From NCBI GenBank assembly GCA_965243135.1, contig OZ251539.1:512001-576000 (forward strand): DNA of 64,000 nt. The letters run 5' to 3'. This DNA is from Alphaproteobacteria bacterium (GTDB lineage: Bacteria; Pseudomonadota; Alphaproteobacteria; MPNO01; UBA830). The notes under the pieces were generated by a model, which worked only from the letters and a program-made list of their open reading frames with translations, had not been told where the DNA came from and did not search any database. Both the position numbers and the translations under genes were made by a program. Position 1 is the first letter of the stretch; each line of letters begins with the position of its first letter. This document shows positions 47,701-56,822 of the stretch, in pieces.

Positions 47701-50700
47701 CTATTTCAGGCCGCGGATCACGACGTCGACGGTCGCGTCGGCGCGGCGGCCGTCGCCGTCGAAAATCCAGATGACCGGGGGGTTTTTCTGCGGGGTGCTC
47801 CAGCTCCACCCCGCCCCGACCGACTGCAGGGTCACGTCGATGTCGGTGACGCGCCGCAGCGTCGTCGGGACGACCCGCCCGGACGCCGCTGCCGGCGGCG
47901 AGGGCCGCGCCCACCGCGAGGTGTCTTGGTCGTGCAGGCGCTGCTCCTCGTGGGGCGCCAGAACCGACCAGCACAGGTGGTCGAGCCAGAGCCGCTCGCT
48001 GCCGTCCCCGGTCAGCCGGAAGCGGACCTGGATCCACCGCGCCTCGATCAGGCTGCCGGTCTCGTAGTCGGTCCAGGCCTTCGCCGTCGCGGCGGCCTCG
48101 GACGCCCCGGCCCGGTACTGCAAGGTCATGTCGCCGCCGTGCTCGCCCTGCCACCCCAGGCCGAATTCCAGCTCGGCGCCGAGGTCGTAGGGCGGCGGCG
48201 CGTAGGTGGCCTCGCGCAGGAAATCGTCGCCCGATCCGCCCGCCCACGTCAGCCAGGCGTCCCAGGTCGTCAGGTCGTCCCAATCGTAGTCCCCCAGCCC
48301 CTCGAGGGTGCTCGTCCCCTCCTGGCTGACCTCGAAGCCCGCGGTCGCTCCCGGCCAGCCCGTCGCGGAGGGGCATTCCCACAGCACGGCGTTCGCCGTC
48401 CGCGACGGCCCCATCTCGGCGACGATCCGGACCTCTTCCGAGACCCGTCCGCCGGTGTCGACGGCGCGGGCGGCGATCGCGTAGCGGCCGGCGCGCAGCG
48501 GCTGGACCGTCTCGTAGTAGTCCGCCGTCAGGTAGCCCCTGTGGAACTTCGTCATCGTCTCCCAGGCCGGCGCGGCCGCTCCGGGAGCCGCCTCGGCGTA
48601 GGCCAGTTCCACGCCGGCCAGGTCGGGATCCTCCGGCGGCGTCCACCGGTAGCGGCGGGTGCCGTCGGCCAACGCGTCGAACAGGAAGTTGCCCGGCGGG
48701 TCCGGCGGCGCCAGCTTGCCGAGGATCTCGTATCGCGGCGCTTCCCACGCCGGCCCGACCGGCGCGGCGGCCGACCCCGGCAGGACGCGGACGTCGAGCA
48801 GCCCCTGCGGCTGCTCGATCCAGCGCGCCTCGAGGTCGCCGTCGACCAGGCGGGCGACCTCCCGCCACGGCGCGTCGTCGACCCGCGCCAGCACCGTGGC
48901 GCCGCGCCAGTCGCCGGTGACCGTCAACGTCAGCTCGATCTCCACGGCGTAGCCCGGCCCGGCGCGGATCAGCGTCTCCGAGATCACGCCGTAGGTCACC
49001 TTCGGGATCCGGCGGCGCAGCGTCGGCAATGCCGCGCCCTCCGGCAGGTTCAGGCTGGCGTAGTACTCCGGGACCTCGTCCAGCGCCTGGACGCGGACCG
49101 CGCCGCCGGAGGCCGGGATCATGCCGAATATCCGCACCTTGCGCGGATCGCCGGCCGCGCCGTACCAGCGCCACAGCCAGTCCAGCGGCTCCTCGCCGTC
49201 GTAGGCCGCAGGCAGGGGATCCGCCAGCGTCACTTCGGCCGTTTCTCCGTCGCCCGGCGCTTGGCGGACGGCCGAAGTCACGATCGGCGCGCCGCCGTCC
49301 GGGGGCGCCAGCATCAGCGTCGGCGGCTCCTGGTCCGGATCTATCGGCCGCGAGAGGGTCACGTCCGTCCGGTTCGCCGCGATCTCCGCGAGGCGGCCGG
49401 CGACGCCGCCGTCGATCAGCGAATGGGTCACGGCGACCACGTCGCCGCGGGCGGCGGCGATGCCGTGGAGCGGCATCAGCCACTCGTGGCGGCGGCGGTG
49501 GTAGCGCTGCCGCGCCGCCTGGAGGGTCACCTCGTCCAGCGCCTGCGCCCGCGACGTGACGCCGGGCAGGTCGATCGTCGTGGACAGGCGGATCTCGGTC
49601 GCGCCCGGACGGACGCGGCGCACCTCGCGCTGCTGCCAGTCGTGGCCGGGATCGACGTAGCGCCCGACGATCTCGTCGGCGAGGCGATCGCCGGCCCACT
49701 CGGTGCGGTAGCTGCCGGCCTCGACGACGGCGGGCGTGATCAGCGCCGTCACGGGCCTGTCCGGCGCGTCCCAGACGACGCCGAGCTTGCCCGACGCCCA
49801 GCTGAGTGTGGCGCGGCCGCACTGCGCGACGATCTCGAGCGTGCGCATGGCGTCTTCGGCGCGATCAATGATGCGGTTGCACTCGAGGCCCTCTGCGGTG
49901 CAGAACGCGCCGAACGCCTTCAGCGCGGCGTCGTCCACCCGGTCGGCGGGCAGGCCGGCGCCGGCGATCAGCCTGCGCTCGATGCCCGCGCCGATCCAGA
50001 CGCCGCGCGCGAGCCACCGGATTATCCAGGCGGGGTTCGACGTGGCCCGCGGCGCCGTCCACGCGGCGCCGTCCCACGTCGGGCATTTCTGGTCGACGAT
50101 CCCCGACAGGCGGTCGAGGCGTCCGCTGAGCTGCCCGGTGGCGCGGATCGTCAGGCCGAGCCGGTTGCGCCCGGCATAGTCCGTCGCGTCGGGCTGGTAG
50201 GCGCGCAGCGCCGCCCATTCGATCGACGCGTACTCGCGGCTGGCGGCGGGCGGCGCCGCGGCGCGGCGGACCCGCGCTTCGTACGCGCCGGCGGCCAGTC
50301 CCTGCACGATCTCGGTGTGGCGCAGCGGGCGCTGCCGGGCGTTGCGCAGCGTCACGTCGCGCCCGGCCCAGACGCCGGCCGCGACCGGCGGATCGGCGTC
50401 CGGATCGGCGGCCGTGCGCCACTCGATGCGGAGCGCGGCGGACTGCTCGGCGTAGTCGCCCGCGTTCGTGAGGCGGAACAGCTGCGCCACGAAGTCGAAG
50501 TCGAGCCGCGTCGCGCCGTCCGCCGTCTCGCGGACGATCCAGTCGGCCGCCGCCGCGTCCCGGTCGTATTCCCCCTCGGACGTCTTCGGCCAGTCGAGCG
50601 TCCCGCCCGCCTCGGTGTCGACGTTGCCGAAGATGCCCGCGATCGACGTCCCGCCGAGCGCCCACTCGGCTGTCGCGTCCTGGTAGTCCTCGAGGGGCGT

Positions 50701-51351
50701 GTCGCCGATGCGGACGTCGGACACCTCGAGGGCGCCGAGGCCCCAATCGAAGATCTGGAACAGGTACTGGTCGTTGCCCCGGAACTCCGCGTATTCGGCG
50801 GCGGCGAGGTCGGGGAACGCGCGGTGCCGGCCCAGGACGAGGAGCATCGGCTCGCCCGGACGCGCCCGGTTGGCGCCGCCCGACAGGGAGTGGACAGTCG
50901 CGGGCGATCGCTGCGGCTCCGGCGCGTCCGGCGCCCGCGGCGGCGCCAGGGCGTTCGCGACGAGCGACCCCGCCATCATGACGCCGGCGCTGACCAGCGC
51001 GCCCTTCCACGTCAGGACGGTCGCGCCGCCGACCGTCGCGGTCAGCCCCGTCGCGCCCAGCCCGGCCAGGGCGTAGGGCGCGGCGATCGCGGCGGCGACC
51101 ACCGCCAGCTGGAGCACCGTGCGCAGCGGATCGTCTCCGGCGACGGCGGCGCGGATCGTGGCCACGTCGCCTTCCGCCAGGCGGACGGACGCCCAGCGGC
51201 CGCGCGGAACCAGGACGCCGTTCACGGCCGCCTCGACGGGACCCGGAATGCCGGCGTCGCGGACGACGTCGGCGACCGCGCTACCCGGCGCGACCGGGAC
51301 GAGGCGGCGGCCTGCCGCCGTCAGCGGGTGCGGCCAGAGGTCGGCGACCAT
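47701..51351 (-). CDS. Phage tail tip / host-specificity protein J (N-terminal gpI-like part, FN3-like domains)
   Basis: SLSGGANRARP, IRATGQLSG.LD, TSNPAW, LPGVTS..QA, GDVVAV; position after NlpC/P60. Confidence 0.88.
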   Translation of the reverse strand: MVADLWPHPLTAAGRRLVPVAPGSAVADVVRDAGIPGPVEAAVNGVLVPRGRWASVRLAEGDVATIRAAVAGDDPLRTVLQLAVVAAAIAAPYALAGLGATGLTATVGGATVLTWKGALVSAGVMMAGSLVANALAPPRAPDAPEPQRSPATVHSLSGGANRARPGEPMLLVLGRHRAFPDLAAAEYAEFRGNDQYLFQIFDWGLGALEVSDVRIGDTPLEDYQDATAEWALGGTSIAGIFGNVDTEAGGTLDWPKTSEGEYDRDAAAADWIVRETADGATRLDFDFVAQLFRLTNAGDYAEQSAALRIEWRTAADPDADPPVAAGVWAGRDVTLRNARQRPLRHTEIVQGLAAGAYEARVRRAAAPPAASREYASIEWAALRAYQPDATDYAGRNRLGLTIRATGQLSGRLDRLSGIVDQKCPTWDGAAWTAPRATSNPAWIIRWLARGVWIGAGIERRLIAGAGLPADRVDDAALKAFGAFCTAEGLECNRIIDRAEDAMRTLEIVAQCGRATLSWASGKLGVVWDAPDRPVTALITPAVVEAGSYRTEWAGDRLADEIVGRYVDPGHDWQQREVRRVRPGATEIRLSTTIDLPGVTSRAQALDEVTLQAARQRYHRRRHEWLMPLHGIAAARGDVVAVTHSLIDGGVAGRLAEIAANRTDVTLSRPIDPDQEPPTLMLAPPDGGAPIVTSAVRQAPGDGETAEVTLADPLPAAYDGEEPLDWLWRWYGAAGDPRKVRIFGMIPASGGAVRVQALDEVPEYYASLNLPEGAALPTLRRRIPKVTYGVISETLIRAGPGYAVEIELTLTVTGDWRGATVLARVDDAPWREVARLVDGDLEARWIEQPQGLLDVRVLPGSAAAPVGPAWEAPRYEILGKLAPPDPPGNFLFDALADGTRRYRWTPPEDPDLAGVELAYAEAAPGAAAPAWETMTKFHRGYLTADYYETVQPLRAGRYAIAARAVDTGGRVSEEVRIVAEMGPSRTANAVLWECPSATGWPGATAGFEVSQEGTSTLEGLGDYDWDDLTTWDAWLTWAGGSGDDFLREATYAPPPYDLGAELEFGLGWQGEHGGDMTLQYRAGASEAAATAKAWTDYETGSLIEARWIQVRFRLTGDGSERLWLDHLCWSVLAPHEEQRLHDQDTSRWARPSPPAAASGRVVPTTLRRVTDIDVTLQSVGAGWSWSTPQKNPPVIWIFDGDGRRADATVDVVIRGLK

Positions 51352-51731
51352 TCGTAGAACCCCTCGACGTCGAAGCCTGCCAGCCGCAGGCCGCGGCGGT
51401 CGTGCAGGCACGTCCCGACGCCGCGCGCGCAATGCAGGACCAGCCACTCCGGCCCGCCCGACGCCAGGACGCCGACGTGGTGTCCGCCCGCCAGTCGGCC
51501 TGTCGGGCGCATGAGCGCAAGGTCGCCGGGGCGGACGGGCCGGTCGATCCGCCGCGCGTACTCCGCCGCCAGCTCCGCCATCTGCCGGTCCCGCGCCCGC
51601 GCGCCCTTGGCGTAGGGCGGCACGCGGACCTCGGCGCCGAAGACGTCGCGGGACGCCTCGAGGACGAGGTCGAGGCACTCGAACTGTCCCTCGACCCACG
51701 GCCGGCCGACGTACCCGTCGGTCCAGCCCAT
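51321..51731 (-). CDS. NlpC/P60 tail protein (gpK-like)
   Basis: YVGRPW...FECLDLV, PGDLALM, HHVGV, VLHC, EGFY.W. Confidence 0.85.
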   Translation of the reverse strand: MGWTDGYVGRPWVEGQFECLDLVLEASRDVFGAEVRVPPYAKGARARDRQMAELAAEYARRIDRPVRPGDLALMRPTGRLAGGHHVGVLASGGPEWLVLHCARGVGTCLHDRRGLRLAGFDVEGFYEWSPTSGRTR

Positions 51732-52198
51732 CAGAACAGCCCCGGCGAACGCTCCGGATCGTGCCGCAGCAGCACGACCGGCGACTGGAGGTTCATCCCG
51801 AACTCCAGCTCCAGCGCCACCTCCTCGCCGGCGACCGCCGCGCCTGCCACGTCGAGCGTCACTTCGGCCTCGACCTCCCCCGTGGCGGCGAGCGCGCGGA
51901 TCAGGCGGCAGGTTCCGCCCGCCGCGCCCTGCGTCGACTCCACCCATTGCGTGAGATCGCGCCCGACGTTGTCCGCGGCGATCCGGGCGCGCGGCCGGCG
52001 GTTCTCCGCGGCGTCCGGCCAGAGGGCGCGGAACGGCACGGGCGCGTAGTTCTCGCCGCCGATCGTCCGCTGATCGGTGTCGTTCACGACGCGGACCGGG
52101 GCGGCGATCGACGGATGGGTCAGCTCGAGGGCGTCGAGGACGAGGTCCGCCGGATCGACGGACCGGACGGCGCGGCGGTAGCGGGCGGACGGCGGCAC
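51731..52198 (-). CDS. DUF1833 phage tail protein
   Basis: LELTHPSI..PVRVVND, PF...P, ARIAADNVGR, P..SPGLF. Confidence 0.85.
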   Translation of the reverse strand: MPPSARYRRAVRSVDPADLVLDALELTHPSIAAPVRVVNDTDQRTIGGENYAPVPFRALWPDAAENRRPRARIAADNVGRDLTQWVESTQGAAGGTCRLIRALAATGEVEAEVTLDVAGAAVAGEEVALELEFGMNLQSPVVLLRHDPERSPGLF

Positions 52199-52204
52199 GG
52201 ACGG

Positions 52205-53353
52205 CTAGCCGGACGCCGCCGGGACCGTCACGCGCAACCGGATCGCCGCGGGTCCGCGGGCGTCGCGGGCGGTCATCTCGACGTCGTAGTCTCCGGCCGC
52301 GGCCGCGGCCGGCACGGTCAGCGTGACCGGCCACGCGTCCCCGGAGCGCGCGCCGAGGGCGACAGTCCAGCCGGCGGGCAGGTCGGGCGGGTCGAGGACG
52401 ACGTCGTCGAGCGCTCGCCGCCGCTCGCCGCCGCGGGAGACGCGCAGGGAATAGGCATGGGCGGAATTCCGGTCGGGAACCGTCCAGGGGACGATCCCTG
52501 CCGGCAACGCGCCGCCCGTCCCCGACGTCCAGGCCGGCGCGTGCTCGATCGACACGCCCTCGATGCGCGCGGCCGCGGCCAGTGCCGCCGCCGCGACGGC
52601 GGCGGACGCGGCGCAGGCGCGGACCGCGCGGCGGCCGTCTTGGCGATAGCGCTCGACGACCCGCAGCGCGGCCGCCTGGTCGGCGTCGGCCGTCCTGGCC
52701 GGAGCCGCGTCGTCGCAGTCGAACAGGTAGCGGAGGCGCGCGGCGGCGGCCGCGTCGATCTCGCCTTCCGCGCGCTCGATCGCCTCTCGCAGCGGCAGCG
52801 AGGCGGTCGCCGGATCGGCCTGCGCCAGCCGGGCGTTCCACGCCGCCTCGACCCCGCCCGCGTCGACGAGCAGGCAGAACTCCTCGTTGTGGAGCACCCG
52901 CCGCGCCTCGATCGCGGCGTTTCCGGTCAGGACGTTTCCGCCGGCGTCGCGGATCGGCGCGCGGCCGGCGCAGCGCTCGATCAGATCCTCGATGTAGCCG
53001 CGCAGGTGGCCGTACGCGCTCCATGCGTCGAGGCGGCGCCGGGCCCACGCCTGGAGAAGCTCCCGGCGTTCCGCGCGGGAATGCAGCGGGATCGCGTCGC
53101 CGGGCGACGCCGAGGGAATCCGCAGCGTCGGCTTGTGGCCGTGGCCGCCGGCCAGCTCCGCGGCGGCGATTTGCAGGACCGCGTCGGCGTCGAAGAAACG
53201 TCCGCCGAGCGAGATCCCGCCGGCGAGATGGGCGTCCCGCAGCCGGGCCGCCTCGGCCAGCGCGGGCGGGCCGACCACGTCGGACACGTGGTTGCGGACG
53301 GCGAGGTCGAGGAACGCCCAGTCGGTGGTGGCTGCGATGAGTCGTCCGGTCAT
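52205..53353 (-). CDS. Hypothetical phage tail-associated protein (C-terminal Ig-like segment)
   Basis: Co-oriented with the tail genes, GGAG RBS; DLPAGWTV...VTLTVPAAAAAGDYDVEMTA. Confidence 0.65.
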   Translation of the reverse strand: MTGRLIAATTDWAFLDLAVRNHVSDVVGPPALAEAARLRDAHLAGGISLGGRFFDADAVLQIAAAELAGGHGHKPTLRIPSASPGDAIPLHSRAERRELLQAWARRRLDAWSAYGHLRGYIEDLIERCAGRAPIRDAGGNVLTGNAAIEARRVLHNEEFCLLVDAGGVEAAWNARLAQADPATASLPLREAIERAEGEIDAAAAARLRYLFDCDDAAPARTADADQAAALRVVERYRQDGRRAVRACAASAAVAAAALAAAARIEGVSIEHAPAWTSGTGGALPAGIVPWTVPDRNSAHAYSLRVSRGGERRRALDDVVLDPPDLPAGWTVALGARSGDAWPVTLTVPAAAAAGDYDVEMTARDARGPAAIRLRVTVPAASG

Positions 53354-53393
53354 GTCTTCTCCTTTCTGTGCGAGATCCAGGTGCCGGCGCCGG

Positions 53394-55238
53394 TCATGCC
53401 ACCCCGTAGATGCGGATGACCTTGTCGCCGGCTCCGCTGCCGGAGAGCGCGTTGTCCACGGACAGTTTCGTGCCGGCGCCGGGGCGGACGGTCAACGAAA
53501 GCGTTTCGGCGGCGGCGGAGTGGTCGGACGCCGCGCCCGTGAACCGCCGCAGAAACGCATCGTTGTTCGACGCAGCGGGGATCGCCAGGCCGGACGGGAT
53601 CCGGAACCGGACCCGAGCCGTATACCCGCGACCGTCCGCGATGCCGCCGCCCACGAGCGGATATTCGCCGTCGAGCTCGAGCCAGGCGCCGCCGTTGTTG
53701 TTCTCGTTGATGAAGTCCCTCACGGCGTTAAAATCCGCCAGCGTCCCGTTGACCGTGTTCGTCAACGTCGCCAGCACGGTCTCGCGCGCCGTGGCGGACG
53801 CCGCGTCGGCGGGCGTGAACGTGACCCGAAGGTCGGCACCGATCGTGGCGCCGGTGCCGCCCGCCGCGCCCTCCCAATAGTGGTAGACCCCGACTTCGTG
53901 GTCGGAGTTGTGGACCAAGAGCACGCGATACGTGCCGACCAGCGTGTTCAGCGAGTAGAGCGGCTGCTCGAACACCGCCAGTCCCGCGAGGGACTCGGTC
54001 GAGCTGAAGACAAAGTCCCCGGCGTCCGCGAGAGCCGTGGCGAACGCGATGTTGCCGAGCTGGAGCTGCCTGTCTTCGTCGGTCTGATTCGCTTTCCCCT
54101 GCACAAACCCCATGTTCAGGTCGGACACCGGATCGACGGACAGCGACAGGGCGCAGTGAAATTCACCATGCGACTTGTCGGCGTTGTCCAAGTCGAACGC
54201 GGGGTCGAGATACGTCGGCGCGGCGGGCCGGACGCTGGTGTCCGTGCGGAGCAGCGTGAGGCCGGGAAATTCGTGATCCACGAGGTGCGTCCCCGGAACG
54301 TGGGGCAGCTTCGCCCGCGGCACCAGGTCCGCGGAGCCGCCCAACGCCCACGGCGCGACGTTGGTCAGTTTCGCCGGCGGAACCGGGTCCGCGTTTCCGG
54401 GCTGCGCCCACGGGGACACCGTCGTCTGGTTGCGGGCGTCCTGCGCCCACCGGCCGACGTTCGGCACGATGGCGAGCGGCTGCGTCTGCGCGTCGTCGGA
54501 CCACGCCGTGACGGAGAACGCGCCGGTCAGCGGCCGGTCGCGCCCGTCCGTGCTGTCGATCCCCGACTCGCCCGCTTTGCGTTGGTAGCCGTAGGTGGAG
54601 ACCGCGTCGCCCGCCGCGTAGCGCGACAGGCCGGTTTCGGCCCACAGGCCGCCGCTCGTCTGGACCAGGATCCAGATCGTGGCCGGCGGCGCGCCGCCGA
54701 GGGCGGCCTTGCTGAAATTCGCCCGGACGACCTCCGGATCCTCGCGCCAAGAGAACGTCGCGTCGCCGATGAGGCCGTTCCCGAGGTCGCCGATCGTCCC
54801 GTGGTAGACGTGCCGGTCGACCCCGGCCGCGAGCAGCTCGTACAACACGCCCCGCAGATTGACGATGTCGCCGACGTTGCGGGTCGCGACGTCCGGCAGC
54901 GCCTGGATGGCGTCGAGGTGGTCCGCCGAGAAGCCGCCGGCCCCGCCGAGCTGCGCGATCGTCGCGCGCTTGACGCCGCCCGCCGTCAGCACCGGGACGG
55001 TGGCCGCCGCCAGCGCCGCCACGTCGACGCCGGCGACGCCGCGCAGCGCCTCGTACACCTGCGCGTCGGTCGGCTGCGCGCGCGACAAGAGGGCATCGAG
55101 CGAGGTCCGCTGCGGCGCGATGGCGCGGGCCTCGGCGTCCCCCAGCACACCCGGCGCGAAGAGCGGAATCGTCGAGGTCAGATCGATCGCGTCCGCCTGC
55201 AGCACGGCAAGATCGTTGATATCCCAGAAATCAGGCAT
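53394..55238 (-). CDS. Hypothetical phage tail fibre-like structural protein
   Basis: 614-aa ORF in the tail cluster; N-terminal INDLAVL...KRATIAQL, C-terminal IRIYGV. Confidence 0.65.
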   Translation of the reverse strand: MPDFWDINDLAVLQADAIDLTSTIPLFAPGVLGDAEARAIAPQRTSLDALLSRAQPTDAQVYEALRGVAGVDVAALAAATVPVLTAGGVKRATIAQLGGAGGFSADHLDAIQALPDVATRNVGDIVNLRGVLYELLAAGVDRHVYHGTIGDLGNGLIGDATFSWREDPEVVRANFSKAALGGAPPATIWILVQTSGGLWAETGLSRYAAGDAVSTYGYQRKAGESGIDSTDGRDRPLTGAFSVTAWSDDAQTQPLAIVPNVGRWAQDARNQTTVSPWAQPGNADPVPPAKLTNVAPWALGGSADLVPRAKLPHVPGTHLVDHEFPGLTLLRTDTSVRPAAPTYLDPAFDLDNADKSHGEFHCALSLSVDPVSDLNMGFVQGKANQTDEDRQLQLGNIAFATALADAGDFVFSSTESLAGLAVFEQPLYSLNTLVGTYRVLLVHNSDHEVGVYHYWEGAAGGTGATIGADLRVTFTPADAASATARETVLATLTNTVNGTLADFNAVRDFINENNNGGAWLELDGEYPLVGGGIADGRGYTARVRFRIPSGLAIPAASNNDAFLRRFTGAASDHSAAAETLSLTVRPGAGTKLSVDNALSGSGAGDKVIRIYGVA

Positions 55239-56466
55239 CGGGCGCTTCCGGCGCGAGGCTCAACACGGTATCGACCTCCCCGGCCCGCGCCGCCTCGGCC
55301 GCCGCCCACGCCAGCGCCTGGGCGGCGTTGGCGGGCCGCCAGTAATACGGATCGTCGTCGTCGGTCGTCCGCGTGCCGGGCGCGCCCGGGCCGCGCACGA
55401 GCAGCGGATCGCCGCCGTCGCGCGGGACCAGCGCGATCACCAGCCGGCGTTCGATCTCGTCCGTCAGCGACGGGCCGGGCGGATTTCTGCCCGGGTTCTC
55501 GTCGCTCGTGATCCGGATGGAGAGCAGATCGGGACGCCCGCCCCTGATGGAGAAATCGGCGAACCGAGCGTTCGTCTCCCGCGGCGGCGCCTGCCAGTCC
55601 GCGGGGATCGCCGCGTTCACCCGGGAAACCACGTCCGGGTTGCCGTTTTTTACCGTCAGCTGGGCGCGCAACGCCAACTCGAACCGCCCGCCCCAGACCG
55701 CCTCGCGGCGGCCCCACGCCAGCGGCAGGCCGCCCCACGCGGTCTGGCCGGTGCCCGCGACGCCGATGCGCACGGTCGCGCTGCCGCGGCGTCCGGCGGC
55801 GTCGACGGCCGCGAGCTCGTAGTCGGCGGCGGGCGCCGGCAGCGCCGGCGTCCCGCCGATCCATGGGCCGCCGAGCGTCAGGCCCGCCGGCAGGGCCGGA
55901 GAGATCGAATAGTGCGCGCCCTCCTCGCCGACGGGCGCCGGCAGGCCCCACGGGGCGTTCTCCGCTCCTGCCTCGAAGATCATCCCGCGGTTTCCGGGCT
56001 CGAACTCCAGATCCCGGGAGAAGACATAGCCGCCCCAGCAGATGGGGAGGGCCGCCCAGCGGACGGGGAGGCCGCCCCACGCCAGGCAGGCCTCGTCCTC
56101 GGTCTCCAGGCTCTCCAGCGTCAGCCGCGCCTCCCAGCGGCGCCGCCCGCCGCGGACGACGGCGCGGCATTCGACGCCGGCGCGCCCGCCGACGATGCGG
56201 CATTCCCTGGACTCGCCGTCGGGCGCGTCGGCCAGCAAGATCGGATCGCCCTCGGCGGCGCGGTCGAAGGCCCACGTCCGGAAGCGCTCGAGGTCGGCGT
56301 CGGAATCGAGGAGCGCCGTCACCGTCCTGACGCGGACGTCGAGGCCGCCGGTCCGCCGCTGCGCGGCCAGGCCGTCGTCGAACGGCCGGCGCGCGACGGC
56401 CGCGCGCCACGACAGCGCGTAGCGGTCCGCGGCGAGCGGCGCGTAGTCCGGCCAGGCGGCGGTCAC
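55231..56466 (-). CDS. Distal-tail-like protein fused to a putative Ig (He_PIG-like) domain
   Basis: N-terminal AAWPDY...RRPFDDG; YSISPALPAGLTL...IGGTP...Y.L.A.DAAG. Confidence 0.65.
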   Translation of the reverse strand: MTAAWPDYAPLAADRYALSWRAAVARRPFDDGLAAQRRTGGLDVRVRTVTALLDSDADLERFRTWAFDRAAEGDPILLADAPDGESRECRIVGGRAGVECRAVVRGGRRRWEARLTLESLETEDEACLAWGGLPVRWAALPICWGGYVFSRDLEFEPGNRGMIFEAGAENAPWGLPAPVGEEGAHYSISPALPAGLTLGGPWIGGTPALPAPAADYELAAVDAAGRRGSATVRIGVAGTGQTAWGGLPLAWGRREAVWGGRFELALRAQLTVKNGNPDVVSRVNAAIPADWQAPPRETNARFADFSIRGGRPDLLSIRITSDENPGRNPPGPSLTDEIERRLVIALVPRDGGDPLLVRGPGAPGTRTTDDDDPYYWRPANAAQALAWAAAEAARAGEVDTVLSLAPEAPDA

Positions 56467-56822
56467 GCCGGCCCCTCCAGCTGCGCCCGGCCGTCCCAGG
56501 CGCGCCCGCCGTCGGGCCGGACGCGGGCGGTCAGGCGGACCCCTCCCAGGCCGTTCCGGACGCGGGCGCGGCGCGTCACGCCGTCGGAGGGGTCGGTCCA
56601 GTCGAACAACCTGTGGCAGTGCCGACGCGCCCACATGAGCCAGTCGTGCGCGGCGAGATCGTCGGCGCAACGGAACCGGATCGTGCGCTCGCGCATCGGC
56701 GCGGTCGCCCGGTCGGCCTGGCGCGGCCAGACGCCGACGTCGCCGCGCTCCGCCTCCGGAGACGATCCCTCGCGGTAGCCGTCCGCGACGATCGGGGCGG
56801 CGTCGCCCGGCCAGGCCGTCAC
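56463..56822 (-). CDS. Distal-tail (gpM-like) protein
   Basis: Directly after the tape measure gene; AWP...DGYRE...FDWTDP.DG.TRRAR. Confidence 0.7.
   Translation of the reverse strand: MTAWPGDAAPIVADGYREGSSPEAERGDVGVWPRQADRATAPMRERTIRFRCADDLAAHDWLMWARRHCHRLFDWTDPSDGVTRRARVRNGLGGVRLTARVRPDGGRAWDGRAQLEGPA

Noticed and set aside
46752-55238. Diversity-generating retroelement or invertible tail-fibre cassette
   Set aside because: No reverse transcriptase, invertase, template/variable repeat pair or flanking inverted repeats seen in the window.
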